Notes under the pieces: generated by a model | Told to the model about the DNA's origin: nothing | Database searches by the model: none | The model's input: the letters and a program-made list of their open reading frames with translations, nothing else | Translations under genes and position numbers: made by a program | DNA from: Candidatus Polarisedimenticolia bacterium | GTDB lineage: Bacteria > Chloroflexota > Limnocylindria > Limnocylindrales > CSP1-4 | Assembly (NCBI GenBank): GCA_035649355.1 | Contig: DASRJS010000009.1 | Location: 4,906-68,905 of the forward strand | DNA length: 64,000 nucleotides | Direction of reading: 5' to 3' | Shown here: piece by piece, positions 1 to 11,147 of the stretch | How positions within the stretch are numbered: the first letter of the stretch is position 1 | How the letters are laid out: each line of letters starts with the position of its first letter

Positions 1-179
1 ATCGCGTAGCGGGCACCCTCGCGGGCGGCGTTGTTCAGCATCTGGATCGTGTAGACGGCCCGGCCGAACTCGATGATCGCGAACATCGTGAAAAAGAAGA
101 TCGGCGCGATCAGCGCGAACTCCGTGAGCGCCTGGCCGCGACTTCGGGTCCGGCGACCGGGGCGAAGCAGCCTGCTCAC
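1..179 (-). CDS. TadE/TadG-like pilus assembly protein (3' end cut by window edge)
   Basis: Hand translation of the minus strand gives [59 protein letters not shown], a TadE-type N-terminal hydrophobic helix. The GTG start at 179 overlaps the stop of the upstream gene (GTGA). It is absent from the ORF track because it runs off the window. Confidence 0.6.
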   Translation of the reverse strand, partial: MSRLLRPGRRTRSRGQALTEFALIAPIFFFTMFAIIEFGRAVYTIQMLNNAAREGARYA

Positions 180-709
180 GGCGTGTCCACCAGGTCCGAC
201 ACGGCGAACCACGCCTCGCGCTTGATCGTCAGGCTGTCCGGAACCGGCGGCAGCGGCACGATCGGGTGGAACGTGTACGTCACGGTGACGTGGACGACGC
301 ACGGGTCGACGAGGCCGGTGCGGCCTGCGCACTCCTCGGACGCCGGGTTGATCACGTGATCCGGCTTCTTGGTGCCGCTGTTGACGTCCCAGATCTCCCA
401 GGTCACGACCGGGTTGTCCGAGCACGTCCCGGCCGTGTTGTCGTAGTCGCCGAGCTGTGAGACGGCCGTACATGCGCGGCGCTTCATCTCGGTCTCGTTG
501 CCTGGCCACGGCGAGGCGCTCGAGGCCCACGCGTCGGAGCCGAGGAACGCCCCGTAGTCGGCCGCCTCGCGCGCCGCGGACTCCACGGCGATCATCGCGG
601 TGAAAAGGCGACCGAAGTCGCCGATCGCGACCGCGAGGATGAACATGAGCGGGATGACGAGGGCAAACTCGGCCAGGCCCTGGCCTGATTCGCGTGGTCG
701 GCGAAGCAA
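176..709 (-). CDS. TadE/TadG-like (Flp/Tad pilus) protein
   Basis: ORF track 176..784(-). It contains the TadE-type helix [29 protein letters not shown] prefer the in-frame TTG at 709, which has GGGGAG 7 nt upstream, over the ATG at 784. Either start is possible. Confidence 0.6.
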   Translation of the reverse strand: MLRRPRESGQGLAEFALVIPLMFILAVAIGDFGRLFTAMIAVESAAREAADYGAFLGSDAWASSASPWPGNETEMKRRACTAVSQLGDYDNTAGTCSDNPVVTWEIWDVNSGTKKPDHVINPASEECAGRTGLVDPCVVHVTVTYTFHPIVPLPPVPDSLTIKREAWFAVSDLVDTP

Positions 710-889
710 CCTGTAACTCCCCCGGCGGTGATTTCGGTCCCCGAGATGGACGATGGCAGGCCGATCTTTCGCACGGACTCCCACCTTTGGTCAATGGGCC
801 GCAGTACTTAGGTACCGGGTCCGGTGGGGTCAGGTGCGAAGAAGTTGTCGACGACTCGCAACACCGGCCGCCGCGGCTAGGCTTGAGGG

Positions 890-1489
890 GTGATCGTCGT
901 CGTCGGCGTGCCGCGGCTGGGCGGCTCAGCACCACCGCGCGCTGCCGGCCTCGCCGCGGAGATCGCGCGGGGCGCGGCTGGGGCCGGGTCCGCGGTCCAG
1001 CTGATGGGTAAGCTCGGCGACGATCCGGAGGGCGACCTCGTCCTTCTCCAACTTGCTGGCGCCGGCGTCGGCCATCCGGCGATGCTCCGCGATCCTGCCC
1101 GTCGGACGCCGGTCGGGACCGCCCGCGCGGCCGCGGAACGTGGACCTGCGCCGACCCTCGAGCCCGCGGATCTCGAGCTGGGCCTGCGCTACGTGCCCGA
1201 CTTCCGGGTCCTCGTCGTGGCGGTCCCGAGTCAGCCTGAGCTGATCGGCGTTGCCGCCGAGGCCGCTTCGTTCGCGGGCGCGCACCTCATCGTCATCACG
1301 AACGCACGCGGGCACGTCGAAACGCTTCCTGAGCGTTCGACGGTGCTGACAGCGCCTCGGGGAGAGGCGGGGGAGAGCGCCCTCGCGGGGCTCGTCGCGA
1401 CCTACGCGGTCGCGCTCGATGCCGGGGACGACTCGACGGCGGCGTGGCGAACGGCAATGGCTGCGGCCGGAGCCGAGAACTTGCCGTAG
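890..1489 (+). CDS. hypothetical protein (weak PfkB/ribokinase-like resemblance)
   Basis: 199-aa ORF with a GTG start. The pattern VVGVP..AA.IA..AA..G..V.L.GKLGDD..GD is reminiscent of carbohydrate-kinase folds, but the protein is short and degenerate. Confidence 0.4.
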   Translation: MIVVVGVPRLGGSAPPRAAGLAAEIARGAAGAGSAVQLMGKLGDDPEGDLVLLQLAGAGVGHPAMLRDPARRTPVGTARAAAERGPAPTLEPADLELGLRYVPDFRVLVVAVPSQPELIGVAAEAASFAGAHLIVITNARGHVETLPERSTVLTAPRGEAGESALAGLVATYAVALDAGDDSTAAWRTAMAAAGAENLP

Positions 1490-1644
1490 ACGACGCCGAG
1501 CGGATCACCGCCCCAGAAGGCTGCCATGGCAACCCCGAGGAGCGGGCCGACGATGCGGGGCAGGTCGGCGAACTGACTGGCCAGCTCCCAGCCGGTCCAG
1601 GTGGCGAAGAACCAGAGTGCGGCGATCAGGGTTCGCTTGCGCAT
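1402..1644 (-). CDS. small hypothetical membrane protein
   Basis: 80-aa ORF with two hydrophobic segments (MRKRTLIAALWFFATWTGW..., IVGPLLGVAMAAFWGG). Its 3' end overlaps the convergent ORF 890..1489 by 88 nt, so one of the two ends is doubtful. Confidence 0.3.
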   Translation of the reverse strand: MRKRTLIAALWFFATWTGWELASQFADLPRIVGPLLGVAMAAFWGGDPLGVVYGKFSAPAAAIAVRHAAVESSPASSATA

Positions 1645-1741
1645 GCCGCCACGTTGCGGCCGGCCACGCGTCGCGCGTATCCCCGATTCGTACTAACGAC
1701 CGAGGAACCTGGTGCGGCGACGCCCCGCCGCGGCCCAGGGC

Positions 1742-2416
1742 TCAGGCCGTCAGGCGCTCGATCAGGTCGGGCCCATCGTTGCGGACGTTGTTCACGAGCC
1801 GGCTGACCTCGTACGCCTCGAGGTGGTCATCCTCGATCGGCTGGAGGAGGCCCTGCAGCTGGGCGGGGTTCGAGAGTGACGGGTCCAGCCAGCGCTCCCA
1901 CGCCTCGGGCGGCACGACGACGGGCATCCGGTTATGGATCGGCCGCATCAGGCTGTTCGGGCCGCTGGTGACGATCGTGAACGTGCGCCGGATCTCGCCC
2001 GTGTCGTCGTCACGCCAGCCGGCCCACAGGCCCGCCAGGGTCAGCGGCCGGCCGTCGTCGCGGACGACCCGGAACGGCACCCGCAGGTTGCCCTCGCGGC
2101 GCCACTCGTAGAAGGAATCCACGGGTACGAGGCAGCGCTTTCGGGCGAAGGCGTCGCGGAAGGCCGGGCTGCGGGCGAGCGTCTCGGCACGGGCGTTGAA
2201 CATCTTCGAGCCGATCCGCGGGTCGTCCGCCCAGTGCGGGATCAGGCCCCAGCGGTAGCGCGTGACGGCGCGCCGCTCGGAGCGCTGGACGATGACGTTC
2301 GCCTCGTCCGTCGGGGCAACGTTGAAGCGGTCGCCTTCGAGCTCCGCGAGGTCCTCGGCTTCGAAGATCTCGGCCAGCTCGGATGACGAGCGTTCCTGCG
2401 TAAACCGGCCGCACAT
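1742..2416 (-). CDS. SOS response-associated peptidase (SRAP/YedK family, abasic-site processing)
   Basis: The N-terminus is MCGRF with the catalytic Cys2. It also has WGLIPHWA, FNARAET, RCLVPVDSFYEW and NRMPVV motifs. The true start is the ATG at 2416, and the 574-aa ORF in the track is an upstream extension. Confidence 0.9.
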   Translation of the reverse strand: MCGRFTQERSSSELAEIFEAEDLAELEGDRFNVAPTDEANVIVQRSERRAVTRYRWGLIPHWADDPRIGSKMFNARAETLARSPAFRDAFARKRCLVPVDSFYEWRREGNLRVPFRVVRDDGRPLTLAGLWAGWRDDDTGEIRRTFTIVTSGPNSLMRPIHNRMPVVVPPEAWERWLDPSLSNPAQLQGLLQPIEDDHLEAYEVSRLVNNVRNDGPDLIERLTA

Positions 2417-2443
2417 GGTTCGAAGTCTAGTATCGTCGCGCCG

Positions 2444-3673
2444 ATGGACCACCCGCCGGAGCCGACCGGCGCCCCGGCAGGGTCGAACGCAATCCCTGAC
2501 GCGAAGACGCTCGCAGACGCGGTCGCGGCCGAGGGACCCCTGACCCGAGATGTCGCGCTCGCGCTGCTCGATCGAGGCGCCGCCGCGGTTGCGGCCGGCG
2601 AGTACCCGTTCGCGGCCGCCTACTACCAGCGCGTCGTCGGGTTCGATGACCCGGCGGTCACCGGCGCGGCCCTGCTCGGCCTCGGCGAGTCGCTCTATCG
2701 GATGGACCGCGAGCCAGATGCGGTCGCGACGTGGGAGTCGATCCTCCAGCTGCCCGAGAACCCGAGCACCTACGGAGCCTGGCGGAACGTCGCCGCGGCG
2801 CGCGTCCGAGCCGGCGAGCTGAACGGCGCGCTCGCGGCCTACCGTCAGGCCGACCGGCGCGCGCCGGCCGCCGACAAGGCCGAGATCGCGAGCCGCCTGG
2901 GCTGGCTCTCGAAGGAGACGGGCAGCCAGGGCGACGCCCGGCGCTACTTCTCTCGCAGTCGGGGCGACGGTCCCGCGCTGCCGCTGACCTGGCTCGTCAT
3001 CGGGCTGACCGTCATCGTCTCGTTCATCGCCGACTCGAGCGGGGGCGGACAGGTCCTCGACACGCTCGCGCTCGACAAGCGCGCAGTTGCCGACGGCGAG
3101 TGGTATCGCCTGCTCAGCGTCGTCCTCGTCCACGGCGGCGTCCTGCATCTGTTCTTCAACATGTACGCCCTGTGGATCCTCGGCCCCCTCGTCGAGGGCA
3201 TCTGGGGGACGAAATCGTTCGCGGTCTTCTACGTCCTCGCCGCGCTCGCCGGCTCGACGGCGAGCTTCCTGACGAACCCGATCCCGGCGGTCGGAGCGTC
3301 GGGCGCGATCTTCGGCTTGATCGGCGTCGTCTTCGCGGGCACGCGGGCTCACCACCCGATCCTCGACGTCCGAGCCAGGGCGATCGTCCGGCAGCTCGGC
3401 ACGCTCATCGTCCTGAACCTCGCGATCGGCTTCCTCGCCGCGGGTCAGATCGACAACGCGGCACACATCGGCGGCTTCATCGCCGGGCTATGGCTCGGCT
3501 TCGTCGTGCCGCCCGGTCGGGCCCCCACGTTGAGCAGCCTCTGGCAACGGACCGAGGGCGCACAGCCCCGCGACGCGCGACCGATGCCGCTCGTCATCGC
3601 CGGCGTGCTGTTGCTCGTCGCCGTCATCGGCATCGCCATCGCGATCGGACCGCTGACCTGGAGCGCCGGCTAG
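2444..3673 (+). CDS. rhomboid family intramembrane serine protease with N-terminal TPR-like domain
   Basis: WYRLLSVVLVHGGVLHLFFNMYAL, the GASGAIFGLIG catalytic GxSG and the NAAHIGGFIAG catalytic His are present. The N-terminal 150 aa are TPR-like. Confidence 0.9.
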   Translation: MDHPPEPTGAPAGSNAIPDAKTLADAVAAEGPLTRDVALALLDRGAAAVAAGEYPFAAAYYQRVVGFDDPAVTGAALLGLGESLYRMDREPDAVATWESILQLPENPSTYGAWRNVAAARVRAGELNGALAAYRQADRRAPAADKAEIASRLGWLSKETGSQGDARRYFSRSRGDGPALPLTWLVIGLTVIVSFIADSSGGGQVLDTLALDKRAVADGEWYRLLSVVLVHGGVLHLFFNMYALWILGPLVEGIWGTKSFAVFYVLAALAGSTASFLTNPIPAVGASGAIFGLIGVVFAGTRAHHPILDVRARAIVRQLGTLIVLNLAIGFLAAGQIDNAAHIGGFIAGLWLGFVVPPGRAPTLSSLWQRTEGAQPRDARPMPLVIAGVLLLVAVIGIAIAIGPLTWSAG

Positions 3674-3705
3674 GCGCCGGTCCGGCGCCGTTCTGCCGCC
3701 AGGGT

Positions 3706-5115
3706 CTAGAGTCGAGGCACCACCGGCAGGACGACCGAAACCCGCGCGCCATGCGGCGCGACGTTCTCCGCGTGCGCGGTGCCACCGTGGGCCTCCGCCA
3801 GCTCGCGCACGATCGCCAGGCCGAGGCCGGCGCCCGCTCCGCTTCGAGCGGCGTCCGCGCGGTAGAAGCGCTCGAACACGCGCGCGCCGGCGCCGGGTGG
3901 GAAGCCGGGTCCGTCATCGGTGACCGAGAGCGCGATCGCGGGTCTGCCCTCGCCCTCCAGCGTGACTGCCTGGGCGGCCAGCCAGACGTGGCCGCCCTCC
4001 GGGGTAGCGGCCAGGGCGTTCGCGACGAGGTTGCCGAGGATCCGCTCCACGGCCAGGCGGTCGGCGGCGAAGCCAAGGGTCGCGGTCGTGGAGCCGCCCG
4101 AGACCTCGAGGCTCGCGCCGGCGGCTGCCGCCGAGGCCGCGAACCTCTCTTGGGTTGACGCGAGCACGGCGCCGGCGTTGAGCTGCTCCGGGCGCAGGCC
4201 GGCGCTGCCCTCGCGCAGGCGCTCGAGGGCGCCGAGCTCGCCGACGAGGCGTTCCAGCCGGGCCGCCTCTTCTTCGATCGCCCGCGCCGCTCGCGCCGCG
4301 TCATCGCCAATCGCCGTTCCATCCGCGAGCGCCGCGGCGAACCCACCGATCACAGTCAGCGGCGTCCGGAGATCGTGGCGCAGGTCGGCGAGGAGCTCGC
4401 TCTCGCGCTTGCGCAGCGCGGCCAGCTCATCGGCCATCGCGTTGAACGTCCCGATGAGCCGCCGGATCTCCTCGGGACCTTCGAGCGGCAGTGGTTCAAC
4501 GGTTCCGGCCGGCAGGCCGGCTGCCGCGCTCGCGACCCGCGCGAGCGGTTTCGTGACCGAGCTGGCCAACAGCCAGGCGAGGATCGCGCCCACGAGGCCG
4601 CCGATGAGGAGCACTGCTGGCTGCCGGCGGACGACATCGGCGAGCGCCTGCGCGCCCGAGCGATCGAGGGTGACGAATGCGACGGCCTTGCCGGCGAGGG
4701 CCCGCTGTCGGAGGACGGTCGCGGCGTAGAGGTAGCGCTCGCCATCGATCGTCGTAGCGCCGCTGATCGTTGCATTCGGCGCCGTGTCAGCGGGAATGAC
4801 GATCGTGCCCGGCGGCGCCGAGCCGTCGAGGCCGCGGAGCTGCCCGGCGACGCCCACGATGTACGTCTCGATCGGCGGATCGCCGGACGCGAGTCGGTCG
4901 CGGATCTCGAGGACGGTGCCGCGGAAGTCGCCGCTCGCGATGCTCTCGCGAACCTGCGGCAGGACGCTGGCCGCGATGCCGCGGAGGCCGGATTCCGTCT
5001 CATCCGCGTGCAGGCTGCGAAGGACGACGAACAGCGCACCACCGACGGTCAGCAGGATCGCGAGCGCAAGGAGCAGGAACGCGCCGAGGAGCCGGCCGCG
5101 GAGCGAGCGGGGCAT
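3706..5115 (-). CDS. sensor histidine kinase (TM-HAMP-HisKA-HATPase_c)
   Basis: Contains the H-box LRHDLRTPLTVIGGFAAAL and the C-terminal G-boxes DDGPGFP and GAGLGLAIV. The start MPRSLRGRLLGAF (ATG 5115) lies just after the response-regulator stop at 5126. Confidence 0.9.
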   Translation of the reverse strand: MPRSLRGRLLGAFLLLALAILLTVGGALFVVLRSLHADETESGLRGIAASVLPQVRESIASGDFRGTVLEIRDRLASGDPPIETYIVGVAGQLRGLDGSAPPGTIVIPADTAPNATISGATTIDGERYLYAATVLRQRALAGKAVAFVTLDRSGAQALADVVRRQPAVLLIGGLVGAILAWLLASSVTKPLARVASAAAGLPAGTVEPLPLEGPEEIRRLIGTFNAMADELAALRKRESELLADLRHDLRTPLTVIGGFAAALADGTAIGDDAARAARAIEEEAARLERLVGELGALERLREGSAGLRPEQLNAGAVLASTQERFAASAAAAGASLEVSGGSTTATLGFAADRLAVERILGNLVANALAATPEGGHVWLAAQAVTLEGEGRPAIALSVTDDGPGFPPGAGARVFERFYRADAARSGAGAGLGLAIVRELAEAHGGTAHAENVAPHGARVSVVLPVVPRL

Positions 5116-5125
5116 GAGGTTGTGC

Positions 5126-5827
5126 TCAGGAACCTGCGGACGGCGCCGGTTCGCGCGGTGGTGGCACGAGCCGGTAGCCGAAGCCGCGAACGGTTTCGAT
5201 CGGCGGCCCGTCGGCACCGAGCTTCTTCCGGAGCTCCGCGACGTGGACGTCGATCGTCCGGGTCTCGCCCGGGAAATCGGTGCCCCAGACGTCCTCGAGG
5301 AGCGCGTCGCGCGTCAGGACGACGCCGGGGTCGCGGGCGAGGGCGGCGAGCAGGTCGAACTCACGGGCCCGGAGCTCGAGGCGGTGCTCGCGGACGTAGG
5401 CCTCGCGACGGCGCGGGTCGATGCGCAGGCCGCCGACCTCGAACGGACGCGCCCCGCGGGCGGTCGCCTCGGTGCGGCGGAGGATCGCCTTGACCCGGGC
5501 GACGAGCGCCCGCGGGTTGAATGGCTTCGTGACGTAATCGTCGGCGCCGAGCTCGAGCCCGACGATCGCGTCGATGTCGTCCGCCCGCGCGGTCAGCATC
5601 AGGACGGGCGTCTCGCCGCGCTTGCGGATCTCGCGGCAGATCTCGAAGCCGTCGCGGCCGGGGAGCATGAGGTCGAGGATCACGAGGTCCGGGTCGTGGC
5701 GGAGGTGGAGGGCCAGCGCCTCGTCGCCGTTACCGGCCGACACGACGGCGAAGCCCTCCTTCTCGAGGTACAGCCGCACGAGCTCGACGATGTTGCGCTC
5801 GTCGTCGACGACGAGGACGGTCTTCAC
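5126..5827 (-). CDS. OmpR/PhoB-family response regulator
   Basis: Receiver domain MKTVLVVDDE...DLVILDLMLPGRDG...TARADDIDAIVGLELGADDYVTKPF, plus a winged-helix C-terminus (TIDVHVAELRKKL, ETVRGFGYRL). Confidence 0.95.
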   Translation of the reverse strand: MKTVLVVDDERNIVELVRLYLEKEGFAVVSAGNGDEALALHLRHDPDLVILDLMLPGRDGFEICREIRKRGETPVLMLTARADDIDAIVGLELGADDYVTKPFNPRALVARVKAILRRTEATARGARPFEVGGLRIDPRRREAYVREHRLELRAREFDLLAALARDPGVVLTRDALLEDVWGTDFPGETRTIDVHVAELRKKLGADGPPIETVRGFGYRLVPPPREPAPSAGS

Positions 5828-6188
5828 GAGCCGCAGGATAGGGCGACCGATCGGCCCATCGGGGTCGGATTGTCAGCGCCGTGTAAAGCGGCTCGATGCT
5901 GAAGCAGTCGATCCCTCGTACGAAGGGGTTTCTTGCAAATACGACCGGGAGTCGTGCTATGTACAGGCCCACCACGCAGTGCGGCATTCGAAGGCGCCCA
6001 GCGGACGACTCTGAACAGGGACCCCGAGCTGACCGGCGGACCAAGACCGGGACCAGCCTTCGGGGGCCACGATTCCATTCGCTAGTACGACCACGGATCG
6101 TATTTGCGAGCGAATCAGCCATCTCGGGCGATTAGCACGAGCGCGAGTCGTAATCGGTGGAAACAGCCCTCGGCTACGCTCGAACCCG

Positions 6189-7064
6189 ATGTTTGCCACG
6201 GTGCTCGGCGGCCTGCCATGGCCGCCTCTCGCAGATGACGCGCCGCCCGACGAGGCCGTCCGGATGGCGATCGCCGCCCAGGAGGCGGCCGGGATCGAAC
6301 CGCTGACCGACGGCGGGCTGGCGTGGGCGCTTGACGACGCGCTCGAACAGGACGTCGTGGCGAGCTGGAGCCGTGCTGCCGCGCTCACCGCGCAGCCGAT
6401 GAAGCAAGCGCTGCCGGGGCCGTACAGCCTTGCCCACCGAACTGGCGCGTTGGCGATTGAGGTCGCGCGCGAGCTTCGAGCGCAGGTCCTCGCGCTGGCC
6501 GCCGCTGGCTGCCCGCTCGTCGAGATCGAGGAGACCGAAGCTCACCAAATCGGCACCGACGCCGCCGAGCGCCGCGCCTATCGCGACGCGCACCTCGCGC
6601 TCACGGACGGCGTGACCGGCACGCACCTCTCCCTTGCGGTCGTCGGCGGAAACGCGGACACGGCGGGCGTCGAGACGATCCTCGCGCCGGGCTATGCCAG
6701 CCTCGCCATCGACCTCATCGCAGGGCCCGACAACTGGCGGCTCGTGACCGCGGCGCCGCAGGGCGTCGGGATCGTGCTGGGCGCGATGTCATCGGCAGTG
6801 GATGGCGGTGAGGGACCCGAGATGGTCCTCTGGGCCGCTCGATACGCGGCGTCCGGGGGCCGCGGATCGGCTCGCATCGGTGTTGCGCTGGTGCCCGGGC
6901 TGGAACGGCTCCCTTGGGACGTCGCAGTCCGCAAGCTCAACGCCCTCGGCAACGCCGCACGGATCGCCGCGTTGCCGCCGGGCGAAGAGCTCGCAGCCTC
7001 GCTCGACCCGCGCGCGATCGATATTCGGTCCGCGGCGCTCGGCCGCCACGAACGGCGCCGATGA
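6189..7064 (+). CDS. cobalamin-independent methionine synthase (MetE C-terminal/UROD-like) family protein, apparently degenerate
   Basis: KQALPGPYSL and AAGCPLVEIEE resemble the Meth_synt_2 pattern. The expected H-x-C Zn ligand region reads THLSLAVVGGN, with no Cys. Confidence 0.5.
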   Translation: MFATVLGGLPWPPLADDAPPDEAVRMAIAAQEAAGIEPLTDGGLAWALDDALEQDVVASWSRAAALTAQPMKQALPGPYSLAHRTGALAIEVARELRAQVLALAAAGCPLVEIEETEAHQIGTDAAERRAYRDAHLALTDGVTGTHLSLAVVGGNADTAGVETILAPGYASLAIDLIAGPDNWRLVTAAPQGVGIVLGAMSSAVDGGEGPEMVLWAARYAASGGRGSARIGVALVPGLERLPWDVAVRKLNALGNAARIAALPPGEELAASLDPRAIDIRSAALGRHERRR

Positions 7065-7243
7065 GGACCACGGTCGGCCTCATCCTCGCGTTCGCAGTCG
7101 TCGGCTCGATCTCGCTATTCATCGTGGCTGACCAGGGCTCACACTCGGTCTCGGACACCCTGTACGCCTGGGTCGAACGGGCGTTGATGCTGTGGGTTGC
7201 GACCGGTGCGGCCATCTGGCTCGTTCGCCGTCGGGAGCGCTGA
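7061..7243 (+). CDS. small membrane protein
   Basis: MRTTVGLILAFAVVGSISLFIV...LMLWVATGAAIWLV has two TM segments. Its ATG overlaps the upstream stop (ATGA). It is the internal part of the 6914..7243 track ORF. Confidence 0.4.
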   Translation: MRTTVGLILAFAVVGSISLFIVADQGSHSVSDTLYAWVERALMLWVATGAAIWLVRRRER

Positions 7244-7363
7244 GCGGGCGGACCTTGCCTCCCGCGCGCGCGAGGCGCAGAATCACTGTCCGCGCAAGAC
7301 ATCGCGCCCAGCGACTCGACCACCTCATCCAGTCATCTGTGCCCGACGGAAGGAGGTCGCTCC

Positions 7364-7867
7364 GTGACCGTACCGGTCTCGTTAGTCGTCAACGGAGTTC
7401 GAAGGGAGCTGAGCGTCGAGCCAAGACGCTTGCTCGTCCAGGTGCTCAGAGAAGACCTGGACCTGACTGGGACGCACGTTGGCTGCGACACCTCGCAGTG
7501 CGGCACGTGCACCGTTCACATGGACGGCAAGGCGGTCAAGTCGTGCACGGTCCTGGCCGTCCAGGCAGACGGTTCGGAGGTCACGACGATCGAAGGCATG
7601 GCGTCGAGCGACGCCCTCCATCCCATCCAGACCGCGTTCTGGGAGAACCACGGCCTGCAATGCGGCTTCTGCACGCCGGGGATGATCATGTCGGCCGCCG
7701 ATCTCCTCGCCCGCAACAACAACCCGAGCGACGGCGAGATCCGGCACGCGATCGAAGGCAACTTCTGTCGCTGCACCGGCTACCAGAACATCGTCACCTC
7801 GATCCGCGAGGCCGGGAAGGTCATGCGCGAAGGCGCCGCCGCCCCGACCTCCACCACCCCGGCCTGA
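7364..7867 (+). CDS. coxS: CO dehydrogenase/xanthine dehydrogenase-family small subunit, (2Fe-2S)-binding
   Basis: Both [2Fe-2S] motifs are present: [12 protein letters not shown] and [10 protein letters not shown]...[20 protein letters not shown] lies upstream of the start. Confidence 0.9.
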   Translation: MTVPVSLVVNGVRRELSVEPRRLLVQVLREDLDLTGTHVGCDTSQCGTCTVHMDGKAVKSCTVLAVQADGSEVTTIEGMASSDALHPIQTAFWENHGLQCGFCTPGMIMSAADLLARNNNPSDGEIRHAIEGNFCRCTGYQNIVTSIREAGKVMREGAAAPTSTTPA

Positions 7868-7881
7868 GAGGAGGCAGCACG

Positions 7882-10280
<2,399 letters not shown>

Positions 10281-10284
<4 letters not shown>

Positions 10285-11147
10285 TCCCGGCCGCATTCGA
10301 ATACTCCCGCGCCACGTCGGTCGATGAGGCGATCTCGCTCCTCGCCGCGTCCGACGGAAGCGCCAAGGTCCTGGCGGGCGGGCATTCGCTGCTCCCGCTC
10401 ATGAAGCTCCGGCTCGCACGACCGGAGCGGCTCATCGACATCGGCCGGCTCGACGAGCTTCGCGGCGTCCGCCAGCTCTCGTCGGGTCGCGTCGCGATCG
10501 GCGCGTTGACGACGTACGACGAGCTGATGCGGAGCGAGGTCATCGGCCACTACGGGCTGATGAACGATGCGCTGCCGAACATCGGCGACGTCCAGGTTCG
10601 AAACCGGGGCACGATCGGCGGCTCGGTCGTCCACGTCGATCCGGCGTCCGACATGCCGGCGGTGTTGCTGGCGCTCGGCGCAGACCTGCTCACACGCTCG
10701 CCACGTGGCGAGCGGACGATTCCGATCGGCGAGTTCATGACCGGCCCGTTCACGAGCGTCCTCGAGCCGGATGAGCTCCTGCTCGAGATCCAGATCCCGG
10801 GCGGCATGCCCGGCTTCGGCTCGGCGTACCGCAACATCGAGCAGCCGGCGTCCGGCTATTCGATCGCCGGCGCAGCCGCGATCGTCGGGCGCGAGCCCGG
10901 GCGTTCGGGGCCGTGGGACGTCATCTCGATCGCGATCACCGGCGTGGGGGAGATCCCGTACCGGGCGACCGCGGTGGAGGAGGCCTTGCGCGGTGGCGCG
11001 TCGCCGGCCGAGGCGTCGGCCCACGCCTCTGACGGCCAGACCGTGAACTCCGACATCCACGCCGATGCGATCTACCGGGCCCACGTCGCGACCGTCCAGG
11101 TCCGGCGTGCCCTCGAGACGGCCATCGAACGAGCCAGTGAGGGCTGA
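10281..11147 (+). CDS. coxM: CO dehydrogenase-like medium subunit, FAD-binding
   Basis: MIPAAFEYSRATSVDEAISLL...KVLAGGHSLLPLMKLRLA and RNRGTIGGS match the FAD_binding_5/CO_deh_flav_C pattern. Its ATG overlaps the coxL stop (ATGA). Confidence 0.9.

Noticed and set aside
1742-3466. 574-aa version of the SRAP ORF
   Set aside because: SRAP proteins start with Met-Cys (the catalytic Cys2). MCGRF occurs at 2416. The upstream 350 codons are antisense to the rhomboid gene and have low complexity.
3673-3689. Perfect palindrome GGCGCCGGtCCGGCGCC between the convergent rhomboid and kinase genes, considered as a bidirectional terminator
   Set aside because: The hairpin is real, but there is no U-tract on either strand, so a terminator function cannot be supported from sequence alone.
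2731-4158. 475-aa plus-strand Arg/Pro-rich ORF overlapping the rhomboid gene out of frame and the histidine kinase in antisense
   Set aside because: It is composed of extreme Arg/Pro/Gly repeats without motifs. Both overlapped genes are convincingly real.
5960-6188. Cobalamin or SAM riboswitch upstream of the MetE-like gene
   Set aside because: The context would fit, and GAGCTGACCGGCGGACCAAG loosely resembles part of the btuB-type core. However, the GGGAA/CCGGTG hairpin, the GCCACTG box and the SAM GGCAACC-type elements are missing.
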